Source: Azolla caroliniana (Eukaryota; Plantae; Polypodiophyta). From it: a stretch of 64,000 nucleotides of DNA. The translations under genes were made by a program, and so were the position numbers. How positions within the stretch are numbered: the stretch's first letter is position 1; each line of letters starts with the position of its first letter. The stretch is from the NCBI GenBank assembly GCA_043228905.1, contig JBHGNT010000011.1:10354001-10418000 (forward strand), in the 5' to 3' direction. Positions 1 to 12,909 of the stretch are shown here, piece after piece. The notes under the pieces were generated by a model, which saw only the letters and a program-made list of their open reading frames with translations, had not been told where the DNA came from and did not search any database.

Positions 1-49
1 CTTCCTTCTGTTCGGTCTTCATACTTGCTTTCGCATGCTACTTTTTACA

Positions 50-61
50 TGGTATCAGAGC
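50..61 (+). promoter_or_regulatory. Primer-binding site, initiator tRNA-Met (copia A)
   Basis: TGGTATCAGAGC immediately after the LTR end ...TTTTACA. Confidence 0.93.
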
Positions 62-112
62 GCGAGGGTTGAGAACCTCTTTGCAGCCGACACAGCTTGA
101 CGAAGAAGAACG

Positions 113-3100
113 ATGGATAGACGCATGGCGAGCTCGCTTCCAACAGAGAAGCTCGACAGAACCAACTACGCGTCTTGGTCCTATAAGATGCACCAATACC
201 TGCTCGGGCACGACTACTGGAGTTATGTCGAAGGAGCTAATGACGCGGCACTCGAATTGATGCACAGAGACTTCCCGTCATGGGAGCAATCGGCGAGCAG
301 GGTATTATACTGCTTTGCGTCGTGTGTGGGCGAACAACTATTGAGCTATGTTCGGGATGCAAAGATGCCGAAGGGTGCGTGGGAAAATCTGAAGAAGATT
401 TTTGCCGCGAGCACCACAACCAGGAAGCTTCAGCTCCGACAGGAGTTGAGCAACCTACGACAACGCGACTTGTCGGTGGCGGACTATACCTCGAAGATGA
501 AGGATATCTGCGACTCCCTCGCCTCCATAGAGGTGAACATCGAGGAGAGTGAGATGGTCTAGATCTGTCTCGGAGGTTTGGCGTCGAAGTTCGGAGCGTT
601 CCGAACGGCTGTGTGTACCCGGGAGAATACGTTGTCCTTTTTCGACTTACAGTCAATGCTCCTGGTAGAGGAGAACCACGTGGGTGCGTCTACAAGCACG
701 CACACCGACAACAGAATGCTGTACATGGAGGGAGATAGGCCCCGTGGACGTGGAGGACGAGGTGAGTCGGCGCGCAATGGAGGCGGCCGACGAGATCAAG
801 GAAGAAGGCACCGAAGTGATGCTGACAGCAACTCTGGACCCTCCGGAAATAGGGGTAGTCGAAGCGATGAGAACCGGCAAGGGAAGGCCATCGCGGAGTG
901 CTGGTACTGTGGCAAGAAAGGCCACAAGGAAAGTGAGTGCTGGAAGAAGCGCGCCGATTCGGAGAGAACCGGTTCCGGAAATGGCTCCGGACATACCGAC
1001 GAGGGAAATCGGCAACGATCGCACTACGCCGAAGACTCCGGGAGAGCCGGAGAAGGGTCTGCCTTCGTGTCAAGACACAAAGCAAACTCAATGAAACAGA
1101 CCACCCCGAGATCGGACGAGGTGTGGTACGTAGACTCCGGCGCGTCAAACCACATGACGAGCCATAAGGAGTGGTTCTCGTATCTTGAGAAACCGATACA
1201 ACCTGGAGTAGTCACAACTGGAGACGACACTCCGCATCCGATCGCGAATGTCGGAGAAGTTCCCCTTAGCCATGTCAGGCAGAAAGGGAATCTCATGAAC
1301 GTGCTGCACGATCCGACAATTACGAAGAACTTGGTCTCGGTCGGACAGATCGTCGACCAAGGGATGGAGGTTCGGTTTACACACCTCGGGTGCTTCATTG
1401 AGGAAGAAGGCCATGTGATTGCGCAAGGGCGCAGAGACGGGAGGATGTTCATCCTCGACTCCACTGACGGCGGCACCACAATGTTCGCGAAGGGACAAAA
1501 ATCCGAGTCAGACACCGACTTTTGGCACAAGCGGATAGGCTACGTCAACTACCAACGGCTTCAAGATCTGCAATCGAAACAGGTAGTGTTCGGATTGCCC
1601 AAATTTAGTGGCCGAAAGGCACAAATTTGTGAAGCTTGCCAGCTCGGGAAGCAACACCGACTTCCTTTTCCCAACGAGCGAAACCGGAGCTGGAACAAGC
1701 TCAACCTTATACACTCCGATGTATGGGGGCCAACACAAAACGTTACTCTTGGCGGGAGCCGATATTTCGTCTCCTTCATCGACGACCACACGCGGCACAC
1801 GTGGATCTACCTCATTGAGAGGAAGAGCGAAGTCTTCGACTGTTTCCGGGACCTCAAAGGGTTCGTGGAAACGGAAACGGGACGTAAGATCCAGTGCCTG
1901 CGGTCGGATGGCGGGAAAGAGTACTTTTCTGGTCAATTCAACGGTTATCTACAACAAATGGAAATTCGGCGCAAATTCAGTTGTAGATACACGCCGGAGC
2001 AGAACGGCGTGGCTGAGAGGAAGAATCGGTCGATTGTGGAAGCGGCACGGGCAATGTTGGAGGAGAAGACCTTGCCCAAGTTCTACTGGGCCGAGGCGGT
2101 AAGGACCGCGGTATACATCCAGAACCGGATCGGAGACAAAGTGTCGGCGCACGAGCTATATTTCGAAATGAAGCCGAACATGCGACACTTGAGGGTGTTT
2201 GGTAGCATTGCGTATGTGCATGTACCGAAGGAGAAAAGGAGGAAGCTGGACGCAAAGGCCGAGAAATGCATCTTGGTCGGTTACTCAGACGAGCAGAAGG
2301 GTTATAAGTGCTATAACCCTCGCACCAAACAAGCGCGTGTTAGCCGCGACGTTGTGGTTGACGAGTCCGCGTCCTGGTACTGGCCCCCGACTCCGAACCC
2401 CGACTCCAATCCGTGTTCTGACGATGAGGTCAGCGAGGCCGAGATGCCTCCGGATGAGCCCGAAATCGAGAGCTGCGAAGAGAGTCCGATTTCACTCCGT
2501 TTAAGTGGACCGATTGGACGACTGAGTCGGTACGATCAGTCCGATGAAGAGCCGGTGAGCAGTGGAGACTCGGCCGTGCATTCCCTGCACAGGAAGTCGA
2601 GGAGACGGCTTACGCGCAAAGAGAAAGGGAAGAAGAAGGTGTCGGATTCCGGCACGGATAAGAACGGGTCAGACCGACGCGAGTCCGACTCCGAGGGAAC
2701 CGGTGATGGGTCTTTAAAGGTGAAGACCGCGTCGACTGAGAAGGCCTCGACATCGACTAATGTGAGATTACGCCGATCTACCCGCCAGAAGAATCCTGTT
2801 TTGCGGTTCGGATACAACGAGTACATGGCGCATCATTATGCGTACATGACCCGTGTAGCGGAAGTGCGTGAGCCGGAGAGCTACGTAGAAGCGGCTAAAG
2901 ACGCGAATTGGCGTGCCGCGATGGAGGAAGAGATGCACGCATTGGCGGAGAACGAGACCTGGGACCTGGTTGACGCACCAACAGGGGTAAAACCGATCGG
3001 GTGTAGGTGGGTGTACAAGGTCAAGTACAACACCGATGGCTCGGTCAACCGGTACAAGGCTCGGCTAGTGGCAAAGGGCTACGCGCAGAAACACGACATC

Positions 3101-4952
3101 GACTACGATGAGACGTTTGCGCTGGTCGTGAAAATGACGACCGTCCGTGTTTTGCTCGCAGTAGCTGCGGCGAAGGGGTGGCACTTACATCAGATGGATG
3201 TAAAGAATGCGTTCCTGCAAGGTGACCTTGAGGAACAGGTGTACATGGTACAACCCCCCAGATTTCACTCTGGAATGAACTCCTCGGCAGTATGCCGACT
3301 GAAGAAGTCCCTTTACAGACTGAAGCAAGCCCCGCATACCTGGAACGCGAAGATCACGCAACAACTACGTCGGATGGGCTTCGTCACGTCAAAATCGGAC
3401 TCTTCCCTGTTCATCCGGAAAGGTCGACTCGGACCGGTTAGTATTTTGCTATATGTTGATGACTTGGTCATCACCAACGCCGACCTAGGAGAAATCGACT
3501 GCGTGAAGATCCAGCTTGCGGCATCGTTCAACATGAAGGAGCTGGGGGACCTTCATTACTTCCTCGGAATCGAAGTGATCCGTACCCCTGAAGGCATATT
3601 GATCAGCCAACGTCATTACGTGCTGAGTATGCTCTTCAAATTCGGGATGGCCGACTGTAAGTCCGTCTCGACTCCTCTGGATAGAACCGTCAAGCTTCGT
3701 CCCGATACGGGAAAGGTATGCGACCCGACGAGGTTCCGACAAATTGTCAGAAGCCTCATATACTTGACCATCACCCGACCCGACCTCAGTTATCCGGTCG
3801 GAGTGACCAGTCAGTTCATGGTGCGACCTACCGAGGAGCACCTCCAGTGTGTGCAACGCATACTTCGGTATGTCAACGACACTAAGGACCGGGGACTGCT
3901 ATATCGGACCGGTGCAGCTGCGTAGTTAGTCGGCTACACCGATGCTGATTGGGCTGGCAACGCCGCCGATTGCCGATCGCCGATCCACATCCGGATACGC
4001 GTTCTCCCTCGGGAGTGCCGCGATCGCGTGGAGCAGTAAGAAACAACCGACAGTTGCACTGCCGAGCACCGAAGCTGAGTACCGAGGAGCGACCATCGCG
4101 ACATGTGAAGCCATATGGTTGAAGCGGCTACTTAGGGACTTGCAAGAGGAGGTGTCAGATCTGACGACGATCTACTGCGACAACCTCAACAACATCCAGC
4201 TCGCGAAAAACCCTGTTTTCCACGCATGGACCAAGCACATTGAGGTGCACTACCATTTCGTCCATGAGCGTGTCCTTTCCGGTGAAGTCGAACTTCAGTA
4301 CGTTCCAACGGATCGACAGACTGCCGACATCTTCACCAAGCCTCTTGGTCTGGACAAGTTGCGGCAATTCTCAGGTGCGCTCGGAGTGCGTCACCTCGAC
4401 GTGCCAAACTTGAGGGGGAGAGTCCTGAACGAGAAAGCAAGGCAGCAGGAAAGGAGCGGAGACCGCGACACCGAGTCGGTTGACTCGGTTGTCAAGTTGG
4501 ACTTCGGATCGGCTGAAGAAGCCGAGGGCGGACCCGCGGAAAAGTCCGGAAGCGGACAGAAGGGGAGCAACCGAAGGAGAGAGCCGAAGCCAACCACGCA
4601 TGGGGAAGATGACGCCACCGAGGGCGAGAAGACCGAAGACGAGTTGGAGACAGCCAACTCGAACGAGAGCGAAAACCGATCGGAGGTAGCCGAGTCGGTT
4701 CGGATGTTTGATTCAGATATGCTGAATCAACCGAGGCCCAAGCGGAAGAAAAGGCAGCAGGAGAAGCGTCAACACCGCAACAACAGAAGAGCTGATAAGG
4801 GCCACATGAGCAGACAAGCCAACCGGAAGGGTCGAAGCGCGCGGAGTCAAACAGGCCGTGGAGCGCGAGCGAGGTGTGAAGCCAGGAGGAACCAGGGTTG
4901 TGAGCCCGAAGATCCCGAAGAGCCTCAAGTTGAGCTTGAGGGGGAGTGTTGA
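113..4952 (+). pseudogene. gag-pol: Copia gag-pol polyprotein with 2 in-frame stops and 1 frameshift
   Basis: Gag ORF 113-562 is in frame with 578-3925: zinc knuckle CWYCGKKGHKESEC, protease WYVDSGAS, integrase HSDVWGP/RSDGGKEY/NGVAER, RT YKARLVAKG/QMDVKNAFL/LYVDD. TAG at 560-562 and 3923-3925 (likely CAG>TAG). A 7-bp extra TGCCGAT near 3971 precedes RNase H (STEAEY, IYCDN, ADIFTK). Confidence 0.93.
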
Positions 4953-5378
4953 GAGACAAGCTCAACATCGGCCGGATCGACTGAAGAAGCCGAGGACCGG
5001 ATCGGTTGGGACCGATCGGTTAGGCCGAATGCGTAAACCGGTACGCAGACCGGTGCGTAGGTAGGGCCGGATTGGTGTGTAAACCGGGAGGCCGTTAGGA
5101 AAGATATTTCGTGAGGAATATATTTGGGAGTTAGTGTAGGAGCTCTTGATGAGTATTGAAGTACTGTCAGTACTTCGGTCAGTCCTTCTAGGACTTGTAT
5201 AAAAGTGTTCATTGAACACACATATGTATAGAGTGTGTTGAATATAGTTCTTGTGCTTTCTCTCTCTCACTCTCTTTGTCTCTCCCCATATACTACGTAA
5301 GCTCAAGCTCTCCATTAAACCTGAGTTTTCTTCCTTCTGTTCGGTCTTCATACTTGCTTCCGCACGCTACTTTTTACA
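4947..5378 (+). repeat. 3' LTR of copia A (432 bp)
   Basis: Starts TGTT after the PPT, ends TACA, and matches nt 1-49; TATAAAAG near 5198. Confidence 0.92.
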
Positions 5379-6940
5379 GTAGTAAAGACGACATCCATCT
5401 GGAAGGTATTGGGCATAGCGGCAAGCATGGACCTCGAGGTAGAGCAACTGGACGTGAAGACGACATTCCTCCATGGTGACCTCGAAGAGGAGATCTACAT
5501 GCATCAACCGGAAGGATTTGAGAAGAAAGGGAAGGAGCACCTGGTGTGCGGGCTAAAGAAGAGCTTATACAGACTGAAGCAAGCTCCCCGATAATGGTAC
5601 TGGAAGTTCGACTCCTTCATGACCGATCAAGGGTACCACAAGACGTAGGCCGATCACTGCGTGTTTGTGAAGAAATTTGATGGAGGAGATTTCTTGATAC
5701 TCCCCCTATATGTGGATGATATGTTGATCATCGGATGAGACCAATGCAAGATTTGGATGTTGAAGAAGGCTCTAAACAGAACCTTCTCAATGAAAGACTT
5801 GGGTCTGGCAAGACAGATATTGGGAATGCACATCATTCGGAACCGGTCGAAGAAGCTGTTGTGGTTGCCACAAGAGAAGTATGTGAGAAAGGTGCTTCAA
5901 CGGTTCAACATGTCGGAGGTGAAACCGGTCGGATCGACACTTCCGGCAAACTTCAAGCTATCCGGAAAACAAAGCCCGAGGACAAAGGCGGAGAAGACGG
6001 ATATGATGAAGATACCATATGCCTCTGCCGTCGGGAGCTTGATGTAGGCAATGGTATGTATCTGGCCTGATATCGGATATGCAATCGGAGTGGTGAGCCG
6101 GGTCATGAGCAATCCCAGTAGAGAGCACCGGAACGCGGTCAAGTGGATACTCTGGTATCTGAAAGGCACCTCAAGTACGTGCCTCCGGTTTGGCTCTAGA
6201 AAACCCCAACTCGATGGTTTCATGGATTCAGATATGTTAGCTGATGCAAATACTAGCTGGTCGACATCCGTATATGTCATGACTTATGCAGGGGGAGCTG
6301 TTTCATGACAGTCGAGGCTGTAGAAGACGGTTGCATTGTCAACCATGGAGGCGGAGTACACGGCAGTTGTAGAAGCCAACAAGGAGATAATTTGGATGAA
6401 GGACTTCATCAGAGAGCTAGGAATCCAACAGGAGGAATAACGGCTCTACTGCGACAGTCAAAGTGCCATCCCCCTTGCAGAGAACATGGCCTGCCATTCT
6501 TGGGTGAAACATATCCAGCGGAGGTACCATTGGATCCGGGAGAGAGTAGAAGATCAAGAGTTCGTGCTGACAAAGATCCACATGGAGCAGAACGAGTCAG
6601 ACATGCTGACCAAGGTCCTGACAACCGACAAGCTGGACGCATGTCGAAAGCGGATCGGGCTGACAAGATATCAGATGTCGGAGTGAAGGGGGAGATTGTT
6701 GGGAAATCGGTCTCTCCGGATGGGATCCGGTGATGAATAAAGAGGACCCGGTGAGAACCGGAAGAGATTCGGAAATTGGAGGAGACCCGGTGAGAACCGG
6801 AAGAGAGACATATCTATAAATATGTTTTGAGCAAGCCTATTGAGGCTATATTTGTAAATAGCCCTAAGTTCATATAAGTATAAATATGACTTAGGGCAAT
6901 CACTTTGTAAGTGTGTTTTAGTTATCATACTGTTGTAACT

Positions 6941-7007
<67 letters not shown>

Positions 7008-7257
7008 CTACGAGCACTCTCTGTTGTAAGCACCGTTTAGCGAAGATCACGAGCATGAGGTCGTTGCCTCTGTGCCTCCACTTTGTATTTCCTCTCATAT
7101 AGTGATAGCTGGAGTCTGTGGGCTCTCGTGGTTTTTCCCTATTAGGGTTTTCCATTTAAACATCTTGTGTCATTTTTGTGTACTCTCTCGTTCTTTCCCA
7201 TTTCTGTGATTCAAGACTCGGTTGTGGCCGAGCGATGCTCCACACTATTTCCTTACA
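5379..7257 (+). mobile_element. Older degenerate Ty1/copia 3' part (RT-RNase H plus 3' LTR), the target of copia A
   Basis: Starts mid-RT (VVKTTS...QLDVKTTFLHGDLEEEIYM, YVDD, MKDLG, PYASAVGSLM, KHIQRRYHWIRE) with many stops. PPT GAAGGGGGAGA near 6685-6695. LTR 6697-7257 TGTTGGGAAA...TTTCCTTACA. Confidence 0.88.
6943..7004. repeat. (AG)n microsatellite inside the copia LTR
   Basis: About 31 AG units. Confidence 0.97.
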
Positions 7258-10200
7258 AAAACTTATGCAAGTGGACCCACATTGTTCTTGGGCGAAAGAT
7301 AGACTTCAGGAAGCCACAGGGTGCTGTAGGAGATTAGGTAGCAAAGGGAGCAATTCCTCTTCAGAAAGTCGGCAGCATGGTGGGTTGTCAAGGGAGATAA
7401 AGTTAGCAGGGAGTTTTTTCCTACCAAGGCTCCAAAACTAAAGGGAAAGCCTATTCTAAGTCTTAAGCGAGAGGATGAATCGGTGACCACTGACCAAGAT
7501 GAAATCTTTCAAATGTCAACGAAGTATTACAGAGCCCTTTTAGCTCCAACATTGATAGAAGCCCCACCGATTAACTTGATGCATCATGTAGTTGCATGCT
7601 TGAAGACCAGGATTGGAGAGGTAGCCAAAACACAATTATCAAAGACCATAGAGAAGGAGGAGATTGTAGCGGGGCTAGATAGGATTCATAGTAGGGCTTG
7701 CCCTGGAGTTGACAGCCTTCCCAAAGCCTTCTTCGTGGAATTCTAGGAGCATAATTTTCCTAGTTTGGAAGCTGGATTCCAGGAAGGATGCCGAGTAGCT
7801 TCAATGAAGGATTGATGTACCTGATTCCTAAATCGGAGAAGGTGTCGCACGAGATTAGACAGTGGAGGCCCATCACCATTTTAAATCTCATTTATAATAT
7901 TTTTGCTAACATAGTAGTGCAGAGAGTCAAGCCCTTTCTAGGAGATATCATCCAGACCAATCAAACCGGTTTCATGGAGCATCGATCTATTATGGACAAT
8001 GTGATATTGTTTTGGGAGGCTGTTGCGACAACGAGGGAGACCAAACAAAACTTAGCTTGTTTGATGCTTGCTTTCGAGAAAGCCTATGATTGAGTGCAAT
8101 GGTATTTCCTTGAAGAAGTGATGAAGGTGATTGAGTTACCGTGGGAATGGAGGTGTGCTGCTCAAGCCTTATATAGGAATGGCTCAAGTAAGGTGTTGAT
8201 TGCAGGGAGGAGAGGAGCTAGAATCTCTCTAACTAGATTCATCAGGCAAGGTCGTCCTCTCACCCCCTTCCTATTCCTATTTATTACTGAAGCAATGTCT
8301 GCCTTTTTGAATAGTCAGACGACAAATTTACATGGTCTTTCAATCCCGAACACAAGGAAGTCCTTGCTCGACTCGGGGTTCGCGAACAATACGACGCTAT
8401 ACCTTCAAGGTAATGAAGCGAATCTGGGGAGGGTACAGATTGCTATCGATCTCTTTTGCAAAGCATCAGGAGTCACCATCAATTGGAATAAGTCCAAGGG
8501 TTTTTGGATTGGCTCGGAGGCAGAGCCGATATGGAAACCAAATGATGATTTCAGATAGATTGCAAAAGGGGAAGGCACTGGATATCTGGAAATGTGGATT
8601 GGGATAGATAGCGACAAAAGAATACAATTACAACAAATTCAAAGTAAAATTTGCAACAAAATCCACATATGGGTAGGGATGAATTTATCATTAGCTGGAA
8701 GGATCATAGTAGCTAACCATGTGCTCTACACTGTGTGCGGTCTCAGTGTGGATGTTTGACATGCATGCTATTCGTATTGTTAATGCGTTTATCAGGGGCT
8801 TTCTATGGGCTGGGATTAGGAAAGACAACACGACAGCTAAAGTATCATGGTCTACGTTGATTCTTCCCAAAAGTAAGGGGGGTTTAGGATTGATCGACCT
8901 TGGAGTACAAAGTCAATCATTGCTATGTAAGGTATCGGTAAGGAGCTTGCTACCCAGAAATGAGTTATGAAAAATGTTGATTTTTAATAGGAGCATCCTT
9001 TGGAGTCCACGACTAGGCGGGCACATAAATCATGGCTATTTTGTATGGACTTAAAGCTTAGGAAATCTAATCGGTTGGCTGATCGCACATATATGTCAGT
9101 GATGAAGGTGTGGGGTATGCTCCGTGGGCATCTTAGGCGTATAGGTCCACGTACTAATGCTGAATGGATGCACCAACCCCTATTGTGGAACGAGACCTTA
9201 AAGTCGACCGAGGGGAAGATGCTTGGCCAGAGCAAGGGTATGCTATGGGCTATATTGCATGGTGTTGGGATTCAGTCAATGGAAAATTGGATGCAGTTGT
9301 CCCCTAGTAATCGGGATAAACTATACGAAGATGTGGGAAAGTTCAGAAATGGTAGGAAGATGCTTTAGTCGATAAAGTTATTTACTCTATTCCTATTAGT
9401 AATGGGGAAGAAGGTGAATGGTTCGGACAATGTGATGATGGCAGAAAAGTTATCAATGCCAAGGGTATAGGAAAGAATGGGAAGATCATCCAGTTGGGAT
9501 CAGTAGTTGTAGGTGCTTGTTGGTCCTCGATTAGAATTGTGGCACGAGATGGTAAGAAATGGAAGGTGAATCCATCAGTCGATGAGGTTGAGGAGGATTG
9601 GATCTTGTATGTAGTTGAAGGCAAGCCACTCGAGTGTTTAGAATGAGATCTTGCAGAATATATGTGGAGGGATGAACAAGGTAAATCACGCGGTTTCTTT
9701 GACTACTCAACTCTCTTGGGTAGACATTTATGCTTGCATCGTGAGTAGTGTGTCAATGAATGGACCCATGTAGTTGTCAATTCGGTCTTCATGGATAAAA
9801 CCAAGAGTAGGATATGGAACTCATCCCTCCCCGAGAGGGTCAAGGTGTTTTTTTGGTTAATCACCCATCGGGCTATTCCAACTGAAGAGTGGTTGGGGAA
9901 AAGGGGTGGCATGAGTAATTGCAAGGCCTGTGGAGCGAGTTTGGAGGACATCACACATTGTTTATGGAGCTGCCCACGAGCCCAAGAAGTTTGGACGAGG
10001 AGCTTAAGAATTCTGACTCAATGCGGGGTTGAAGTTCAGGTATCAAGTGCAACAATTGTTTGGTTAGCTATTGAATCGGTTGCATGGTTTCATGGGTGGA
10101 ATGGAAATAGTTATTCTTTAAAGGTGATGAATGGAATAGTTCAACTTGCAGCTTAAGGAGGTTCATTCTACATATAGGAACAATACGTAGATATTTGATT

Positions 10201-10724
10201 TTTAGTGGTTGGCTTTACTGTTTGGCAAGTGTGGGTATCTAGGTGCAAGGAGTCATTTACCGGGAAGCGAACCCCATATGCTGAGAGTTTAATGATGATT
10301 TGGTTTAATCTGATTTCTACGCTACAAGGAAAGTTTGACAGCTCTCAGGGGCCCTATGATGTGAGTTAAGAAGCTAGATACCACTTCCTTCTTAAATGGA
10401 GAGGTTCTCCGATGCTACAGATGGTGGATGACAATGCAAAGTGGACTTATCAGCCACCCAAGTGGCTATTTCCTCCTAGGGTACCAAACATAGAGGTAGG
10501 TGCTGAAATTTGAAGAGATTGGAGGGTGTCTTTGCTGAATGTGGGTTGTGTGAGGCTCATGTTGAGGGGAGTCTGTCGAGTAATTATGTGTTGAGGCTTT
10601 GTTGCTTCACTTATACATGATGTTTTCTTGTAGCCATTGCAAAGTGGCTTGTAACATATGAGTTGTATATTATCCTATGTACTTTTTCTTAACTAATGGA
10701 AGTAGATTTTTTTTGGAAAAAAAA
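7258..10724 (+). mobile_element. Degenerate L1/Tx1-like LINE, ORF2 (RT plus zf-RVT) and 3' end
   Basis: Fragmented ORFs with WRPITILN, QTGFMEHRSIMDN, FEKAYD, IRQGRPLTP, FANNT (FADDT-like), KSKGGLG, and zf-RVT IWNSSLPERVKVFFW...CKACG...HCLWSC; A-run at 10717-10724. Confidence 0.88.
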
Positions 10725-10869
10725 GGCTTCAAATTATTAATATGGAGGTACAAGGTTCGAATCTTGGCCTATGCATATAATATACATTTTAATATTTTCT
10801 TCTATTTCCTTATATTTATTGAGTCGGGTACTCCATTTGTTTTTCACGTTGTGTACGAAATACACTACG

Positions 10870-12905
10870 ACAATGTTCGAACAAGGAGCACTGCTTCACA
10901 AGGTCACATGCTCTATTCACATTCGGATGGTGGTCGAGGGCACAATTGTGGAAGAAGAGGCTGATTTGGCCAAGGAAGAAGCAGACGATGTTTATCTCAT
11001 GAGGGCAGTTCCTACTTCCGATAAGAAAGTGAAAAAAATTGTAGAACATTTGGAAGAGGGGGGAGCTATTATGCCGAACCAAGCTGACAAAACAACCCCG
11101 TGGAATGTGGCCACTATGGCAAGTTAGCCGCCATGAGGAGGAATGTCAAAAGAAGAAAAGCGAGTCAGCTTGTACAAGCCGACAACTTACCAACTACACC
11201 ACCAACTCTGACTATGATGATTATGGTGGAATGTTTGTAATGAGGCACAAATTGAATTCCATGTCAACCTCCGGTCCGACAAGCACCTCTAGGTTAGAAG
11301 AGGAATGGTTTGTCGACACTTGATCGACCCAGCTACTTGGAGACTAGGAACAACACCACTCATCCAATTCGGCATGTTGGCAATGTCCCATTCGGGAAAG
11401 AAGGTAACAAAACCTTCATTAAAAACGTCTTGCATGTTTCGAACATAACAAAGAATTTGGTCTCAGTCGGTCAAATCGTGGAACAAAGGCATGAAAGTCC
11501 GCTTCAACAGGGTTGACTCATTGCTTGAGGACGAAGAGAAGGCCAAATGTTCATTCTCGACTCTCACGAGATGAAATCGGCCATGTTTGCAAAGGGCCTC
11601 AAAGTCGACACGGACATAGAGTTGTAGCACAAGAGAATCGGCCACATCAATCTTCAAAAACTGAAATGGATGTAGTTGAAAGGAATTGTCATCGGATTCC
11701 CGACATTAAGAGAAAAGGAGATCGAAGGAGTTTGTGAAGCATGCCAATTTGGCAAACAACATCGGCACCTGATTCCAAAAGAGAGAAATGTGAGCAACGA
11801 CCTCTTGGATGTATTTCATTTTGATGTTTGGGAACCAGCTCAAATGGTAACATTTGATGGATGTTGTTACTACGTAACCTTTGTCGACGACTACTCCAAG
11901 CACACTTGGATCTTTCCAATGCACCAGAAGAATGAAGTGTTCTCACACTTCCAAAAGTTCAAAAACAGAGTAAAAAAGGAAACGGGCCAACATGTTCGGT
12001 GCCTTCGGTTGGAAGGAGGAAAAGAGTACTTCTCTAACACCTTCATAGCATACCTTCAAAAGGAAGGAATTCGTCAAGAATTCACGTGTCGGCACACACT
12101 GCAACAAAACAAAGTAGCCGAAAGTAACAATCGGCACATACTTGAGGTAGCAAGGGCCATGATGAATTAGAAGAATCTATTGAAATCATACTGGGCCGAA
12201 GCGGTATGCACAGTCGTCTACAACATCCGACGTACATGATGTCACACCACATGAGAAATATTTTGGAAGGAAGAAAGATTTATCCCACATGAAGGTATTT
12301 GGATTTATTTCATTTGTGCATATTCCCGATGAGAAAAGGCAAAAGCTTGATCCAAAATCAGAGAAATGCATTCTTGTGGGGTACTCACTTGAGCAAAAGG
12401 GGTATAAGTGCTTCAATCCTTCTACCGGTAAGGTTCATGTGAGTCGAGATGTTGTCTTTGAAGAGTCAAGATCATGGTATGAACCCGACTCATCTTCACC
12501 AAAACCGATATAGGAAGAGTTGGAATTCAACTTGGAGGCCGACATTCGGCCTAGTCCTACACCAAGGGAGAGTCCAATCTCAACCATGTTGAGTGGACTG
12601 CAAGTGTCTCCAAGCAATCAATGCATGTCTCAACAAAGATGCCGCATCGGACAAAGGAAAAGGTAAGATGCCCAAATATGAAGTCGACCACATTGATGGA
12701 AGTGATTCGGACTTGTTGGCTCGCTCAATAGATAGTGCACTTGGTGAGTTTGGTGTGCCTATTATGCAGACACTTGGAGTAAAGAAAGCTCTTACAACAA
12801 CAAATGAAAAACTCCAATGCGTGATCAAAGAGAAGAACCCGGTCTCCCGATTCGGCTGTAATGACTACATGGCATACCATTATTCCTTTATGATGAAGGT
12901 GGCAA
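10870..12905 (+). pseudogene. Decayed copia fragment (gag end, PR, IN) related to copia A
   Basis: WFVDT, NITKNLVSVGQIV, CEACQFGKQHR, VHIPDEKRQKLDPKSEKCILVGYS, and RFGCNDYMAYHYSFM (copia A has RFGYNEYMAHHYAYM). Confidence 0.88.
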
Positions 12906-12909
12906 CCGA

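Larger units (their letters stand above)
1..5378 (+). mobile_element. Ty1/copia LTR retrotransposon A (5' LTR truncated by window start)
   Basis: Nt 1-49 match the 3' LTR end 5330-5378 with 2 C/T differences. PBS TGGTATCAGAGC at 50-61, PPT GAGGGGGAG at 4938-4946, 3' LTR TGTT...TACA. Domain order gag-PR-IN-RT-RH. Confidence 0.96.

Noticed and set aside
560-562. Programmed stop-codon readthrough in copia gag
   Set aside because: The stop lies mid-gag before the zinc knuckle and is best explained as CAG>TAG decay, like the stop at 3923.
6671-7155. SL- or ER-repeat ORFs (also at 14056-14331)
   Set aside because: Artefacts of (AG)n microsatellites.
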